From assembly GCA_947167845.1 (NCBI GenBank), contig CAMVJQ010000004.1, positions 1,275-65,274 on the forward strand: 64,000 nt of DNA, given 5' to 3'. Positions 49,301-58,060 of this stretch are shown here, piece after piece. The translations under genes and the position numbers were made by a program. Position 1 is the stretch's first letter. The number at the start of each line of letters is the position of its first letter. Source of the DNA: an uncultured Prevotella sp. Lineage in GTDB: Bacteria; Bacteroidota; Bacteroidia; Bacteroidales; Bacteroidaceae. The notes beneath the pieces were generated by a model. That model searched no databases, was not told the origin of the DNA, and saw only the letters and a list, made by a program, of their open reading frames with translations.

Positions 49301-52300
49301 GACAATAAGATAGACTTGGATAAGGCTTTGGACTATTATCACGTTATAGAAGTATCCGAGCAGGAAGTCATCAAGATAGGGTATAGTGGCATTGACGAGT
49401 GTATTGAGAAAGAGTATGAGAAAGCTCACGAAAATCTGTCACAGGCAAATTCCTCCGTATGCGCTTCCGTTACCCTGCAGTTCAAACAGACGATGGTTAT
49501 GACACGTCAGGCATTCCGAGGAACACTCACCGTATTCAACGGCAATGAGACGACAGCGATGACGGATATGAAGTTGACACTGAACGTAAACAGTTCAACA
49601 GGCCAGGTGGCTACCGCTCACGAATTCCAGATCAATGCAGAGTCGCTGGACGGCTTCACTGGTGAACTGGACTTGACGAGTGGCTGGTCATTGGCTGCCA
49701 ACGAGACTGGTACGGCAACGATACTCTTCATCCCGACGAAGTATGCTGCTCCTACAGAGCCAGTGGACTATTCGTTCGGAGGTACGCTGAGTTATGTGGA
49801 TCCGTTTACCGGGTTGGAGGTGACTCGCGAACTCTATCCTGTCACCCTGACAGTGAAGCCATCTCCAGAACTCGACCTGACTTACTTTATGCAGCGTGAC
49901 ATTTATGGTGACGATGCGCTGACACTCGACGTGGTGGAGCCTATGGAACAAGCCGAATTCGCCCTCCTTATTAATAATAAAGGTAATGGCGATGCCACGA
50001 ATGTGCGGATGGTGACACAGCAACCTGAGATTATCGACAATGAGAAGGGTCTCTATATCGACTTCGAGATTGTCAGTTCACAGGTAAATGGTGGTGATGC
50101 CAACCTTGCGTTCGGCAAGTCCATTGCCAATGACTTCGGCACCATTCCCGCCCACTCTCAGGCTTATGCCCAGTGGTGGCTGACGAGTACGTTGCTTGGT
50201 CACTTCACTGAGTACGACGTGCAGGCCAACCACGTGACCAGCTACGGTAATGAAGACCTGTCACTTTTGGGTGACGTGACCATTCATGAACTCATCCACA
50301 GTCTTGACCTGTCTGACGATGGTAACAAGATGGTTGGATTCTTGGTGAACGATATCACCGACTCTGAAGACCTTCCCGACATGCTATACCTGTCGAATGG
50401 AGAGGTGGAGAATGTTTCTGTGGCTACGTCTACTCAGATTGCAAAGTCTTCAACCACGGACTACCAGATGACTGTTACGCCCTCTGCATCAGGATGGACT
50501 TACGGTAGCATTCTGGATCCCACCTACGGTATGGCCACTCTGAAGAAGATTGTACGCCAGAGCGACGGTAAGGAAATCAATTTGCGCAACTTCTGGCAGA
50601 CCGACCGTACCCTTCGCGATGGTAAGGATCCGCTATATGAATACCGTATTCATTTCGCTGACGAGTTGGCCAGTCAGAGTGCGGAGACTTACATCCTCAC
50701 CTTTGACCCGCTACCTAATGTGGTGCTGACCGTCGCCTCTCTCGAGGGCATTCCCGAAGAAGGAACAGTGGCTATTGCGCCTGTCGACGAGGTAACTGTT
50801 CACTTCAACAAGGAGATCCAGGCGGAGACTTTCTCGGGTGATGACCTGACATTCGCCGTCCAAGGCAAGAAACAGGACACGAGCCTGATTAATATCTCAA
50901 CCAGCGATAACAAGTCGTTTAAACTCGACCTGAGCCAATTAAATGAACAGTGTGGAAACGGCTATTACACGATGAGTATTCAGACAGCAGATGTGACCGA
51001 TACTGAAGGTTACCAGGGTAAAGTCGGCAAACAGGCTGGCTGGATAATGTTCCGAGACGGTCTGGTGCAACTGCTCACGTCTGCCTGGCCGGAGAAGTCG
51101 GGAGAGGTTGTTCGTAAGCCAGCATCCGCAGGTGTACGCACCCGTTCTGGCGATACACCTGATGATAACACGGCTGAATACGGCTCTACCGTTATCCTGC
51201 AGGCAACGCCTAACACAGGCTATGAATTTGCCAATTGGACCATGAATGGCGAAGTGGTCTCTAATGAGCCGGAATTCGAGACGAAGGCCATAGGCGACAT
51301 GGACATTGTGGCCAACTTTACCAAGAAATCGTATATGGTAAATGTGGGAACAGAAAGTGAGGGCGGCTCTGTAACAGGTATGGGTACTGGACTCTATGAA
51401 TACGAGACAAAGGTAGAGTTGGCAGCCGTTTCCGATGAAGATTATACCTTCAAGAGATGGATGGTGAACGGAACACCGGTAGAGGGCGGCAATAGTGTGT
51501 TGAGCATTGACATTGACAAGGCACTCGACATTAGGGCTGAGTTCACGCGCGAGTATTTCCGGCAGACGATGACAATGGCCAGAGGTTGGAACTGGATTTC
51601 CAGTTACTTGAGTGATCCCCTGAAGGTGGATAACCTCTCGACATACGTGAATCGCATTGTTGGTCAGACAGAAGAGTTGGTCAACGATCCTGAGTATGGA
51701 CTTGTAGGTAATATCAGTGAATTGGAAGTCGGCAAGACCTATAAGATAGAGGCCGCAAGAGTATTCACCAACACGTTCCGAGGTCGCCTCTTCAATGTAA
51801 CTGCATCCCCCATCAATGTGCATCAGGGCTGGAACTGGATGGCCTATCCCTATCAGGTGCAGGCAACAGTCGATGGCATCATTGCTAATGCAGAGGATGG
51901 TGACTACATTGTGTCACAAACTGGTTTCTGCGAATATGCTGACGGCAGTTGGGAAGGAACGCTCGACACGTTTACCCCAGGCGACGGCTACCTGTATAAG
52001 TCAATAAGCCAAAAAGCCCTTGCCTTCAATGAACCAGGGTATGGTCAAGGCTCTTCTGTACGTATGAAGGCTGTCCGTCACAATGAGACCGGTGTCGATA
52101 TTCATCGCTATCCTAACACAATGAATATAACGGCTCACCTATTCCGTGACGGCATGGAGGTTACATCTGATGATTACTGCATCTACGCATTTGCCGATCA
52201 AGAACTGCGTGGTGTCAGTCAACAAGTGAACCAGAACCACTACTTGACAGTTTACGGTGATAAAGCTGTGGATATCAACTTCATCGCTGAGAATGCCAGA

Positions 52301-52546
52301 ACAGGTGAAACCTTTACTGTAGCAGAGACATTGACATTCCGTAGTGAAACTGTGGGCAGCCGTAAGCGTCCCTTTACCATCAGCATTGGCGATCCTACAG
52401 GTATTGACCAGATAAGTGGCAGCGGTCCGATGACGGTCTACAACCTCCAGGGTATTCTTATTAGCCGTGAAGCCACACAGAAGATACTCAGGCAACTACC
52501 TCAGGGAGTCTATATTGTGAACGGACGAAAGTGTTACATTAAATAG
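43373..52546 (+). CDS. 3057-aa secreted multidomain surface protein (InlB-B-type repeats, cohesin-like, CARDB/Ig-like, Calx-beta-like, T9SS CTD)
   Basis: Signal peptide; Y.F..W repeats; GFSIDL.FPEG; PDLIV..I...WKV.NVG; TIEDDE; VYNLQG...GVYIVNGRK. Confidence 0.85.
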   Translation: MKELRTIALVLAHLLCVSIWGQYNPTNPAEPGTAPWTLTLTSDPSDAGSFNISKVTNRAAGATITITAYNNGNYIFKAWEDESGNTLSSEKSFKYTMPAKNVKLMARYTYNPSSPNEPSVPVKYGAVKLSVSPSDGGSVSPSGTNKYEVGSKVTLYAYNNSNFVFVNWTKDGEVISTSSTLGNYVVGEGTASLVANFRYAPGNPAEPEAAILSHPLYLESNPSGGGSFNISSGNTYKTGESIYLYAYSNSYYTFKNWTQDNEVISTSRNFYYTMPDKAAKLVANYTYNYNPSNPGEPAATTTQRYHLYGMHEDGIPGQSLKYPVYLENSTEVTGFSIDLAFPEGVIVDATNASLTDRTSGHTLQVESLENNSYRFFVRGSENIIGANGKVLEIPISIAATEEVGTTYTVGLSKGAIFKADGSQTVITVRSGSLKIVQSPDVIPDSPDLIVSDINIAETSIAPNETLHLSWKVRNVGNLEAVSGWSERLYLVSTDGKKVSIGSTYYETTSLEAGGTVSREADIALGKLLGIEGNTYVSITIIPNASAGEITECQGNNTTDNKGKTLAVKKMLYLTLPATTLVEGETTTAKCQLARSGNWTATEVFDLSVLTGDARLKVPATVSIPKEQASVYFYLTVENNELLDNDSHFTIQASGNGYEAVTGDVTIEDDELPAIVTTVSKNSVSEGETFQLTVTIPRQSDTDVVIGLRAEYPKRFSLPSSVTIPAGETSATVTVTAVDDDLPSLELSNAFTASAAGYTEGQAIVILSDDDIPALELTLTPSQVSEGAGVAAVAGILRRTGKTDNKITVKLTDNANGGLYFGNRTLELAKGVEEIHFNFGPVDNAKVDGDRKYTITAAVWVSSCNCSASGESAGSVTADLEVFDDDGATLSVTSSVSTVKEGGKTTLTVTRNTASDKALTVTLSSDYDDNLTYSHTVTIPVGQKSEIVEVTSKANDISGDSHTVVFTVTADGYSSGTCYLMITDQTLPDARISSMTADKQETTVGDEVKLNLVVSNDGAAELPAGVAVKIYHRGESAAITTLYTRNAIAVGESETLVKSIVLPNTVGEQRFYAVVNEAHKVEELSYTNNTSPEVVISTIAPFTVTVNTDKNIYQQGDKVHITGQLTGKNTSDTDIDLYVINEGARQVKTIKTDAQGSFSYEWELYALQSGHFSVGACYPDEGLKTEMAAFDVYGLRRTNNEYVKCDVDNGTTFTGNLNIMNPGNLDLTGVTVDILSVPNNCEASFSVPPTIAGGETVKVSYSLKGLAPSSEVKWDEIKAQVKTAEGALLDISLYYYCRNTTGKIEPLTKKINTTMTKGKSREYTLQVVNTGRGNTGNITLSLPEFIKSLAGNNLPSLDQNDTLTISLSLTPMATMQLNVPVTGQLGINCTNGDGAAVSFSITPVSEETGTLTIDVCDEYTYYTNESPHVSDAEVVVRNPVTGALVAQGKTGADGKFSVVLPEGYYNVNVAADKHDSYSNNLCVDPGTETVQTVNLSVESITVDWKVEEVEIEDEYEIITTVKYETNVPAPVVELIVPQKLDVESLAEGESLVFTAVLTNRGLIKAEDAELILPSNLSGVTLEPLAEYQGLTIAPQQSVFIPVKLTRNAVSNARRRAAGSGFSCSIHTVTLYYWDCGNDRKWHQYGVDIQIFSCSRNSLSQSNPSNQNTWYPGGPSGPGSPGSPSGPGTNNYTHSTNNNNVSKSEDKGCEPCQNQFLIDLVDCGLQLVPAYRVLKAVIGCAQDCMGAVQTLRNASATPANKAGAVLSAITSCSSARHAGSGDKNATREQQRTEAIESILETLGGIVGQIAQGEADKVFKWDGVVETLGSLASSLTSLAGFDFDNLEQMFCPLKLFKPCDKEGNSQSSTASARKKGSRLEDGYPSYLTDFRRSMSYGLTDMMALTGMKMEVYGNRHWLETDPELLSEFIADFKSLQYGDGIIAEEKWEELVSKAPYGIEREEVLTFLMRWNNTMTDVDSDNKIDLDKALDYYHVIEVSEQEVIKIGYSGIDECIEKEYEKAHENLSQANSSVCASVTLQFKQTMVMTRQAFRGTLTVFNGNETTAMTDMKLTLNVNSSTGQVATAHEFQINAESLDGFTGELDLTSGWSLAANETGTATILFIPTKYAAPTEPVDYSFGGTLSYVDPFTGLEVTRELYPVTLTVKPSPELDLTYFMQRDIYGDDALTLDVVEPMEQAEFALLINNKGNGDATNVRMVTQQPEIIDNEKGLYIDFEIVSSQVNGGDANLAFGKSIANDFGTIPAHSQAYAQWWLTSTLLGHFTEYDVQANHVTSYGNEDLSLLGDVTIHELIHSLDLSDDGNKMVGFLVNDITDSEDLPDMLYLSNGEVENVSVATSTQIAKSSTTDYQMTVTPSASGWTYGSILDPTYGMATLKKIVRQSDGKEINLRNFWQTDRTLRDGKDPLYEYRIHFADELASQSAETYILTFDPLPNVVLTVASLEGIPEEGTVAIAPVDEVTVHFNKEIQAETFSGDDLTFAVQGKKQDTSLINISTSDNKSFKLDLSQLNEQCGNGYYTMSIQTADVTDTEGYQGKVGKQAGWIMFRDGLVQLLTSAWPEKSGEVVRKPASAGVRTRSGDTPDDNTAEYGSTVILQATPNTGYEFANWTMNGEVVSNEPEFETKAIGDMDIVANFTKKSYMVNVGTESEGGSVTGMGTGLYEYETKVELAAVSDEDYTFKRWMVNGTPVEGGNSVLSIDIDKALDIRAEFTREYFRQTMTMARGWNWISSYLSDPLKVDNLSTYVNRIVGQTEELVNDPEYGLVGNISELEVGKTYKIEAARVFTNTFRGRLFNVTASPINVHQGWNWMAYPYQVQATVDGIIANAEDGDYIVSQTGFCEYADGSWEGTLDTFTPGDGYLYKSISQKALAFNEPGYGQGSSVRMKAVRHNETGVDIHRYPNTMNITAHLFRDGMEVTSDDYCIYAFADQELRGVSQQVNQNHYLTVYGDKAVDINFIAENARTGETFTVAETLTFRSETVGSRKRPFTISIGDPTGIDQISGSGPMTVYNLQGILISREATQKILRQLPQGVYIVNGRKCYIK

Positions 52547-52554
52547 TTCAGACA

Positions 52555-53172
52555 ATGGAAATGACAAAAAGAATCATCATATTGTGGACGGCTATTCTGC
52601 TAAGTGCTCCCTGGGCTATGGCCCAGGCGGGCATTCATTGGCAGTGCAATATCTATGAATTCCAGTATGACATGACACTCTATTTCACTTTAGAAAATGA
52701 CGATGCGGTCGTTTCTGACTTAGCAGACTATGAGGTGGCTGCCTTTGTCGGAAACGAGTGTCGTGGAGTAGGCAGCATTGAGACGGTCACACCTTCGGGG
52801 GGTGGTTCTGTCAAATACGGCTATCTGCGCATAAGGAGTAATGTCACAGAAGGCGAGGAAGTCAGATTTAATGTATACCATATCCCTTCAGGCAACGTGT
52901 ACCGCATCCCCCAAACAGTGTCCTTTGTTGCCGACGGAAAAGAAGGCTTGCCCAGTTCTCCGTATATGCTTTCATTTACTAAGGTCTTGATGGGTGATGC
53001 CAATGGCGACCAGAAAGTAAATGTGAACGATGTGGTGACGACTGTCAACCACATCCTTGAAAGAGAGAACGATGTGTTCGTTTTAGAAGCAGCTGACGTG
53101 AATGGCGACAATTTGATCAATGTCACTGACGTAGTTGGTATAGTGAACATTATTCTTGGACGGACTCCATAA
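52555..53172 (+). CDS. Secreted protein with C-terminal dockerin-like domain
   Basis: Signal peptide; GDANGDQKVNVNDV...AADVNGDNLINVTDV duplicated Ca-binding loops; no CTD. Confidence 0.85.
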   Translation: MEMTKRIIILWTAILLSAPWAMAQAGIHWQCNIYEFQYDMTLYFTLENDDAVVSDLADYEVAAFVGNECRGVGSIETVTPSGGGSVKYGYLRIRSNVTEGEEVRFNVYHIPSGNVYRIPQTVSFVADGKEGLPSSPYMLSFTKVLMGDANGDQKVNVNDVVTTVNHILERENDVFVLEAADVNGDNLINVTDVVGIVNIILGRTP

Positions 53173-53205
53173 AGCAAACAGAATACGAGCTAAAATTGTT
53201 ATCTA

Positions 53206-54229
53206 ATGAAGAAGTCTTTATTTTTATTCATTGTGCTGCTGGCCGTAAGTATCATGCGGGCGGGGGTAGTGACCGAGCAACAGGCACTACAGAAGGCACA
53301 GCAATGTCTGGTGTGATAATATGACAATAACGGTCAAGAGTGAGAACCCGATTTTGATTGATGAGTATGCCTTCTCTGGAGTGTGGGATATAGAAACGAA
53401 TTGCAAGTTAAGAGTTCCCGTAGGATCGAAGGATGCCTATCTTAATGCCATCGGCTGGAACCGGTTCTTGTCAGACAATGTGACGGAATATGGTAGTGAT
53501 GTCATTATAGGCGATGCCAATGGCGACGGGAAGGTGAATGTGAATGATGTGGTGACAACGGTTAACCATATTCTTGAAAAAGAAAATACACTCTTCGTCT
53601 TTGAGGCTGCTGATGTAAATGAAGACAATGAGATTGATGTGACCGACGTGGTTGGTATTGTGAATATCATTCTTGGTAAGACTAAGACGGCAGGGGCACG
53701 CCAGATGGCGAGGCCGTTGGCTGGTGACAATGACCGTCTGCATCTGGCCGACAACGGCAACGCGTCGCTGTCGGTATGCCTCGACAATCAGAGTGAATAT
53801 GTGGCTGCCCAGTTCGATCTTCGATTAGCAGAAGGACAGACTCTGAAAGCAATCCGTCTGAACAGCAGTAGAAAGAACGGCCACCAAGTGGCATACGCAA
53901 AGGTTGGTGACAACTACTATCGTGTGTTGGCCTATGCAATTGGCAATCAGTCTTTCAATGGTCAGCAGGGGGAACTCGTGAGCATTGAGACGTCTGGTAA
54001 CAGTGCTCAGGTGACTGTTGAGAACATCCTGTTCACAACAAAGCAGATGACCACCATCAAGTTCGCACCGCTACAGTCCACGGTTACAGGTATAGAGGTC
54101 ATCAGTCAGATGTCCGCTTCTGATATCTATACTGTGGACGGTCGTTTGGTACGAAAGCAGGCTACTTCGACTGAAGGTCTTGAAAAAGGGATTCATATTA
54201 TTAATCATAAAAAAGTAATTGTAAAATGA
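53206..54229 (+). pseudogene. Probable internally deleted gene: 36-aa signal/propeptide start (53206..53316) out of frame with an LRR-cap + dockerin + cohesin-like + CTD remainder (53321..54229)
   Basis: MKKSLFLF...VTEQQALQKAQQ resembles C10-peptidase N-termini; the downstream ORF lacks a signal peptide and begins in an LRR cap (WCDNMTITVK.ENP...AF). Confidence 0.6.
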
Positions 54230-55950
54230 GACTAAAAAAAATGTTATTCATAATGGCCTTGCTCACAATGGTGGGCAGGGCATCGTCGCAGGTTAGTTTC
54301 AGTGTTGATCCTGTAACAATTGCGGCAGGAGAAAATGAGAAAGAGCTAAGTATTAACGTGAACTTGATGGGAACGTATAAGGCTTGCCAGTTTGACTTGA
54401 TCTTACCTGAAGGCGTGTCTATTCGTTATGATGAAGAAGATAATGAAAAGATCTTACGGGTAGGTTTTGTGAAGTTAGGCGTAAACGAAGACCATACTGT
54501 TGCTTCAAGCAACCCAGAAGTAAACAAGTATCGTTTTGTCGTAAGTTCTCTAAATAACAGAAACTTGACGACTGGAGAACGCGGGTTTTTGACTATAACT
54601 TTACAAGCAGATGCTAATGCCGCACTAGGCGTGAAAACGGCCAAAATAATCGATGGTATATTCTCTATCAGTGATACCGAAAGCACTGAGCCTGATGACT
54701 ATGAGTTTAACATCACTGTTCAAAGTTTGCCAACAGTGACATTGAACGTGTCGCTGAATCCGTCGAACTTTACTTACGACGGTAGTGTTCAGACACCTAC
54801 CGTGACCGTAACCGCCGCTGACAATACGACTATCACAGAAGCCGACTACGAGTTGAGTGGTGACCTCTCGGCTACCAATGCCGGCACCTATACCATCACG
54901 GCTACGCCTAAGGGCAACTACTCGGGCAGTGCTGTTTCGGCCAACTGGAGTATTGAGGCAAGCACCACGATAGATGATAATGGCAACACTATCACTGAGG
55001 ACGGTATCAATGTGACGCTTGAGAGTGCTTCAAACAATGGCATTGCTGAAGATGGTGGATTGACGGTTCTTGGTGATATCACGCAGATTTCCAATACGGC
55101 ATTCAGCAGTATTGATAAGAGCGGTGTGGAGTATGTGGATCTTTCGAAAACTAAAGTTTCTGGCGTTACTGTGGATCGTCAGAGTGGTGTATTCGATGGT
55201 TTCTCTGACAACACGATTATCTATGTGCCCAGCGGCAATACGGCTGCTACCGGTGAAACCAATGTAGTGGTTGACGGAACCTGTCAGGAACTGAACCTGT
55301 CGGAGGGCCAGGGGATGGTAATTCCCACAGGATTCACGGCGTCTAAAGTTACTTACGCTCGACCGTTGACAGTAGAAAAGGCTAGCACCTTCTGTCTGCC
55401 TTATAGCCTGACATCAGATGAAACGTTAGGCTTCTATGAGTTGTCTAGTTCAACAGCCGACGCCCTCATATTCAGTGAAGTGACATCAACTAAGCCTAAT
55501 AAGCCTTACCTCGCTATCCCCAAAATAGCAGGAGCAACATTTGGCAAGTCGATATCTACCGTCATCAGCAGCAATAAGAATCTCGATGGTGCAGAGCAGA
55601 GTATTACAGGCTTTACAATGATTGGCACAATGAAGGCCATAAGTCATGCAGATGCCCTAAATAAGTTTATTCTGCAGGATGATAATAAATGGCATCAGGT
55701 AACCAGTGCGAGTGCTACTGCAGCAGCCATTGGTGCTTACAGAGCCTTTATCGAGAGGACCGCACCGGGTGGTTCTGCACGGCAGTATTCCGTTGCAGTT
55801 GATGCTGATGGCACCACGGCTATCAAGACGCTCCAAACGATTGATGTTGATGGCACTGAACGTTGGTATGACCTGAACGGTCATCGACTGCAGGGTAAGC
55901 CAACTCAAAAGGGAACCTATATCGTGAATGGTAAGAAGGTGGTAAAATAG
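54226..55950 (+). CDS. Secreted protein with cohesin-like N-domain and T9SS-like CTD
   Basis: ACQFDLILPEGV; FTYDG..QTP.VTV, TNAGTY; WYDLNGHRL...KGTYIVNGKKVVK. Confidence 0.85.
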   Translation: MRLKKMLFIMALLTMVGRASSQVSFSVDPVTIAAGENEKELSINVNLMGTYKACQFDLILPEGVSIRYDEEDNEKILRVGFVKLGVNEDHTVASSNPEVNKYRFVVSSLNNRNLTTGERGFLTITLQADANAALGVKTAKIIDGIFSISDTESTEPDDYEFNITVQSLPTVTLNVSLNPSNFTYDGSVQTPTVTVTAADNTTITEADYELSGDLSATNAGTYTITATPKGNYSGSAVSANWSIEASTTIDDNGNTITEDGINVTLESASNNGIAEDGGLTVLGDITQISNTAFSSIDKSGVEYVDLSKTKVSGVTVDRQSGVFDGFSDNTIIYVPSGNTAATGETNVVVDGTCQELNLSEGQGMVIPTGFTASKVTYARPLTVEKASTFCLPYSLTSDETLGFYELSSSTADALIFSEVTSTKPNKPYLAIPKIAGATFGKSISTVISSNKNLDGAEQSITGFTMIGTMKAISHADALNKFILQDDNKWHQVTSASATAAAIGAYRAFIERTAPGGSARQYSVAVDADGTTAIKTLQTIDVDGTERWYDLNGHRLQGKPTQKGTYIVNGKKVVK

Positions 55951-55971
55951 TCAATAAAATTAAACAGAAAG

Positions 55972-56127
55972 ATGAAAAAGAAGTATATCACTCCTGCAAT
56001 AGAGTCACTCAGCCTCGACACAGATTGTTTTTTGCTGAACTACAGCACTGGATTTGGCGATGACCCTGCTGACAATCCTGCTAATGCTCGTGAAACATCA
56101 TTCTTTGATGAAGATGACGAATTTTAG
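55972..56127 (+). CDS. 51-aa small acidic peptide (absent from ORF track)
   Basis: MKKKYITPAIESLSLDTDCFLLNYSTGFGDDPADNPANARETSFFDEDDEF; A-rich upstream region; lies before the operon terminator. Confidence 0.7.
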   Translation: MKKKYITPAIESLSLDTDCFLLNYSTGFGDDPADNPANARETSFFDEDDEF

Positions 56128-56163
56128 CATACTATCAGGAAAACGGTAGTAACACGAGCGTCT

Positions 56164-56213
56164 ATAGTAACAGCAGTTATAACTCATCTTAGGGTTGTAA
56201 CTGCTGTTTCTAT
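56164..56213 (+). terminator. Long hairpin closing the T9SS operon
   Basis: aacagcagttataactc...gggttgtaactgctgtt. Confidence 0.7.
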
Positions 56214-56275
56214 TAATGGCTCTGACTGCCTATAAGTGGCGTTACGCACCTTGCTATATGAAACAGATGTAAAGT

Positions 56276-56336
56276 AAAACCATATATATTGCTCGGCAAA
56301 ACCATATATATTGCTCGGCAAAACAATAGGTATTGC
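56276..56336. repeat. 22-bp tandem repeat x2 plus a partial copy
   Basis: aaaaccatatatattgctcggc twice, then aaaacaataggtattgc. Confidence 0.85.
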
Positions 56337-56417
56337 ATGTAAGCATTTCTTCTCAGACGATCAAAACATTGAGGCGATTATTTCATCGAACTATGTTTTC
56401 TACCCTTTCCTTATTGC

Positions 56418-56705
56418 TCACCGCAGATGAGAGTAAAAGCAATAAAGAGTCAACACATGAGCGAATAACAATTGAGCATCATCGGTGGGCAACACGGCAA
56501 TGTATTCATGAAGATTATGGAACAAGCCATAGACGTCTGTTTTCCCCTTCAGAATATACGCCATATTAGCGAAAGTAAGATACGAGGCAGAAAGGCTCAC
56601 TGTTCCATTTTTCCCATGCTGCAAAAGTTGCTCGGCATCGTCGCCATATTCATGGCCCAGTGCATAATCCACCAGGATGTTCGTGTCGAGGAATACGCGT
56701 TTCAT
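56418..56705 (-). pseudogene. PIN-domain toxin, C-terminally truncated
   Basis: RVFLDTNILVD, TFANMAYIL; lacks the later DFED-type acidic motif. Confidence 0.65.
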
Positions 56706-56959
56706 CGGCTTAACAGTGCTTTAAGACGTGGGTCACTTTCAATCTCATCCTCTGTGAACGATGCGCAGCCACTCCATTTTCGGATATCTGATGATACAGG
56801 AATCGTCTTATACGGCTTCTTTGTACTTGCCACGACTTTTGTCTTTTTGGCAGGTGTCAGCGTCTTCACGAAAGTTAGCACTTTTTTCAGCATACCCTCA
56901 TCTTCAGCAATGATGCTCAGTTCGCGAAGCAGTTCCGCATTCAATTGTAGTGTCGTCAT
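56702..56959 (-). CDS. Putative antitoxin partner of the PIN gene
   Basis: 85 aa; 4-bp overlap with the PIN start. Confidence 0.6.
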   Translation of the reverse strand: MTTLQLNAELLRELSIIAEDEGMLKKVLTFVKTLTPAKKTKVVASTKKPYKTIPVSSDIRKWSGCASFTEDEIESDPRLKALLSR

Positions 56960-57187
56960 AATCCTAACATGTTTGATTCTTGGGTGCGAAGATAAGCAAA
57001 TTATTCGAATAAACTATATTTGAATCAAATAGAAACAGTAGACGCGTATGAAACGAAGTAAACTCTTAACCATTCCGCGGGCGGCATTCATCTTTTTTGC
57101 CCATGGAGGCAGCCACTGTTCTGTCAGTTCCTGAAAGATATGGTCAGAACGGTCATTATAGCAAGGCGCAAAGGTAAGTCATTTGCC

Positions 57188-57967
57188 TTAAAAGAACATC
57201 ATCGGAAGAGAATTCTTCCGTTTCTGGGCAAGTTCGTTCTTCATTCGCTCAATGGCGGTCTTAAAAAAGAACGCGACAAGAAATTCGTCTGAGCCTTCTA
57301 TCCTAATCTGTTTCAAGGCAGAGATATATTCTGCACGGTCCTTCAGTTCAATAATCAGCAGCGGATGACCTGCCCTAAGCAGGAGGAAATTGGAGAGCAG
57401 GCGACCAGTCCTGCCATTACCATCACGGAACGGATGCAGATACTCATAATACCCGTGCCATTTGGCTGCGACTATCAAGGGATGCTGTCCGCTGCAGAAC
57501 GCCCTCTCTGTTGATGCCATCAACGACGGCACGCGGGCAATCAAGGTTTCGTGATCGCCAAACACGGTATCGCCGGCAGACATATCCTCTGTGGTATATT
57601 CTCCTGCGATGGCACCGGGGGCACGATAACTAATGGTGTGTTCTGTCACCAAACGGTTCACCTCTTTTAAGAGTGTTTCATCGAAGGGCATGTCAAGATG
57701 ACTTGCTATATAGTCGAAAGCCCGGAAATGGTCAGCCATCTCTATACATTCCAGCAGCGAATGTCCCACGGGAATCATTGCCATTCCCTGTTCGCGAAGG
57801 ATTCTTGTGTCATCGACGGTAAACGAATTCCCCTCAATGGCACAGGAATGGGCAGAGAACAAAATCTCGTTATATTCCATCCACTGCTCTTTACTCATCC
57901 TGTCGGCAATCTTCTCCTGATACTCCGGCCTGACGGACTCGTATTCCTCAATCTCTTTCTCAAACAT
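57188..57967 (-). CDS. Fic-family protein
   Basis: SCAIEGN and HPFRDGNGRTGR; start MFEKEIEE at 57967. Confidence 0.9.
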   Translation of the reverse strand: MFEKEIEEYESVRPEYQEKIADRMSKEQWMEYNEILFSAHSCAIEGNSFTVDDTRILREQGMAMIPVGHSLLECIEMADHFRAFDYIASHLDMPFDETLLKEVNRLVTEHTISYRAPGAIAGEYTTEDMSAGDTVFGDHETLIARVPSLMASTERAFCSGQHPLIVAAKWHGYYEYLHPFRDGNGRTGRLLSNFLLLRAGHPLLIIELKDRAEYISALKQIRIEGSDEFLVAFFFKTAIERMKNELAQKRKNSLPMMFF

Positions 57968-58024
57968 CGGGGCAAAGATAGAGATTATTATTTGAATGAC
58001 AAAGAAAAAGACAAGAAATCTGAG

Positions 58025-58053
58025 GCAAAGATACGAAGAATTTGTATCTTTGC
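58025..58053. promoter_or_regulatory. Back-to-back -7 boxes for Fic (minus) and MATE (plus)
   Basis: gcaaagatac...gtatctttgc; each arm contains TATCTTTG. Confidence 0.6.
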
Positions 58054-58060
58054 AGCCGAA

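Noticed and set aside
56276..56336. Possible plasmid iterons or CRISPR repeats
   Set aside because: Only about 2.7 contiguous copies; no rep gene and no spacers
57030..57175. Short minus-strand open frame after a TACCTTTG box
   Set aside because: No convincing start or recognisable family; probably a gene relic
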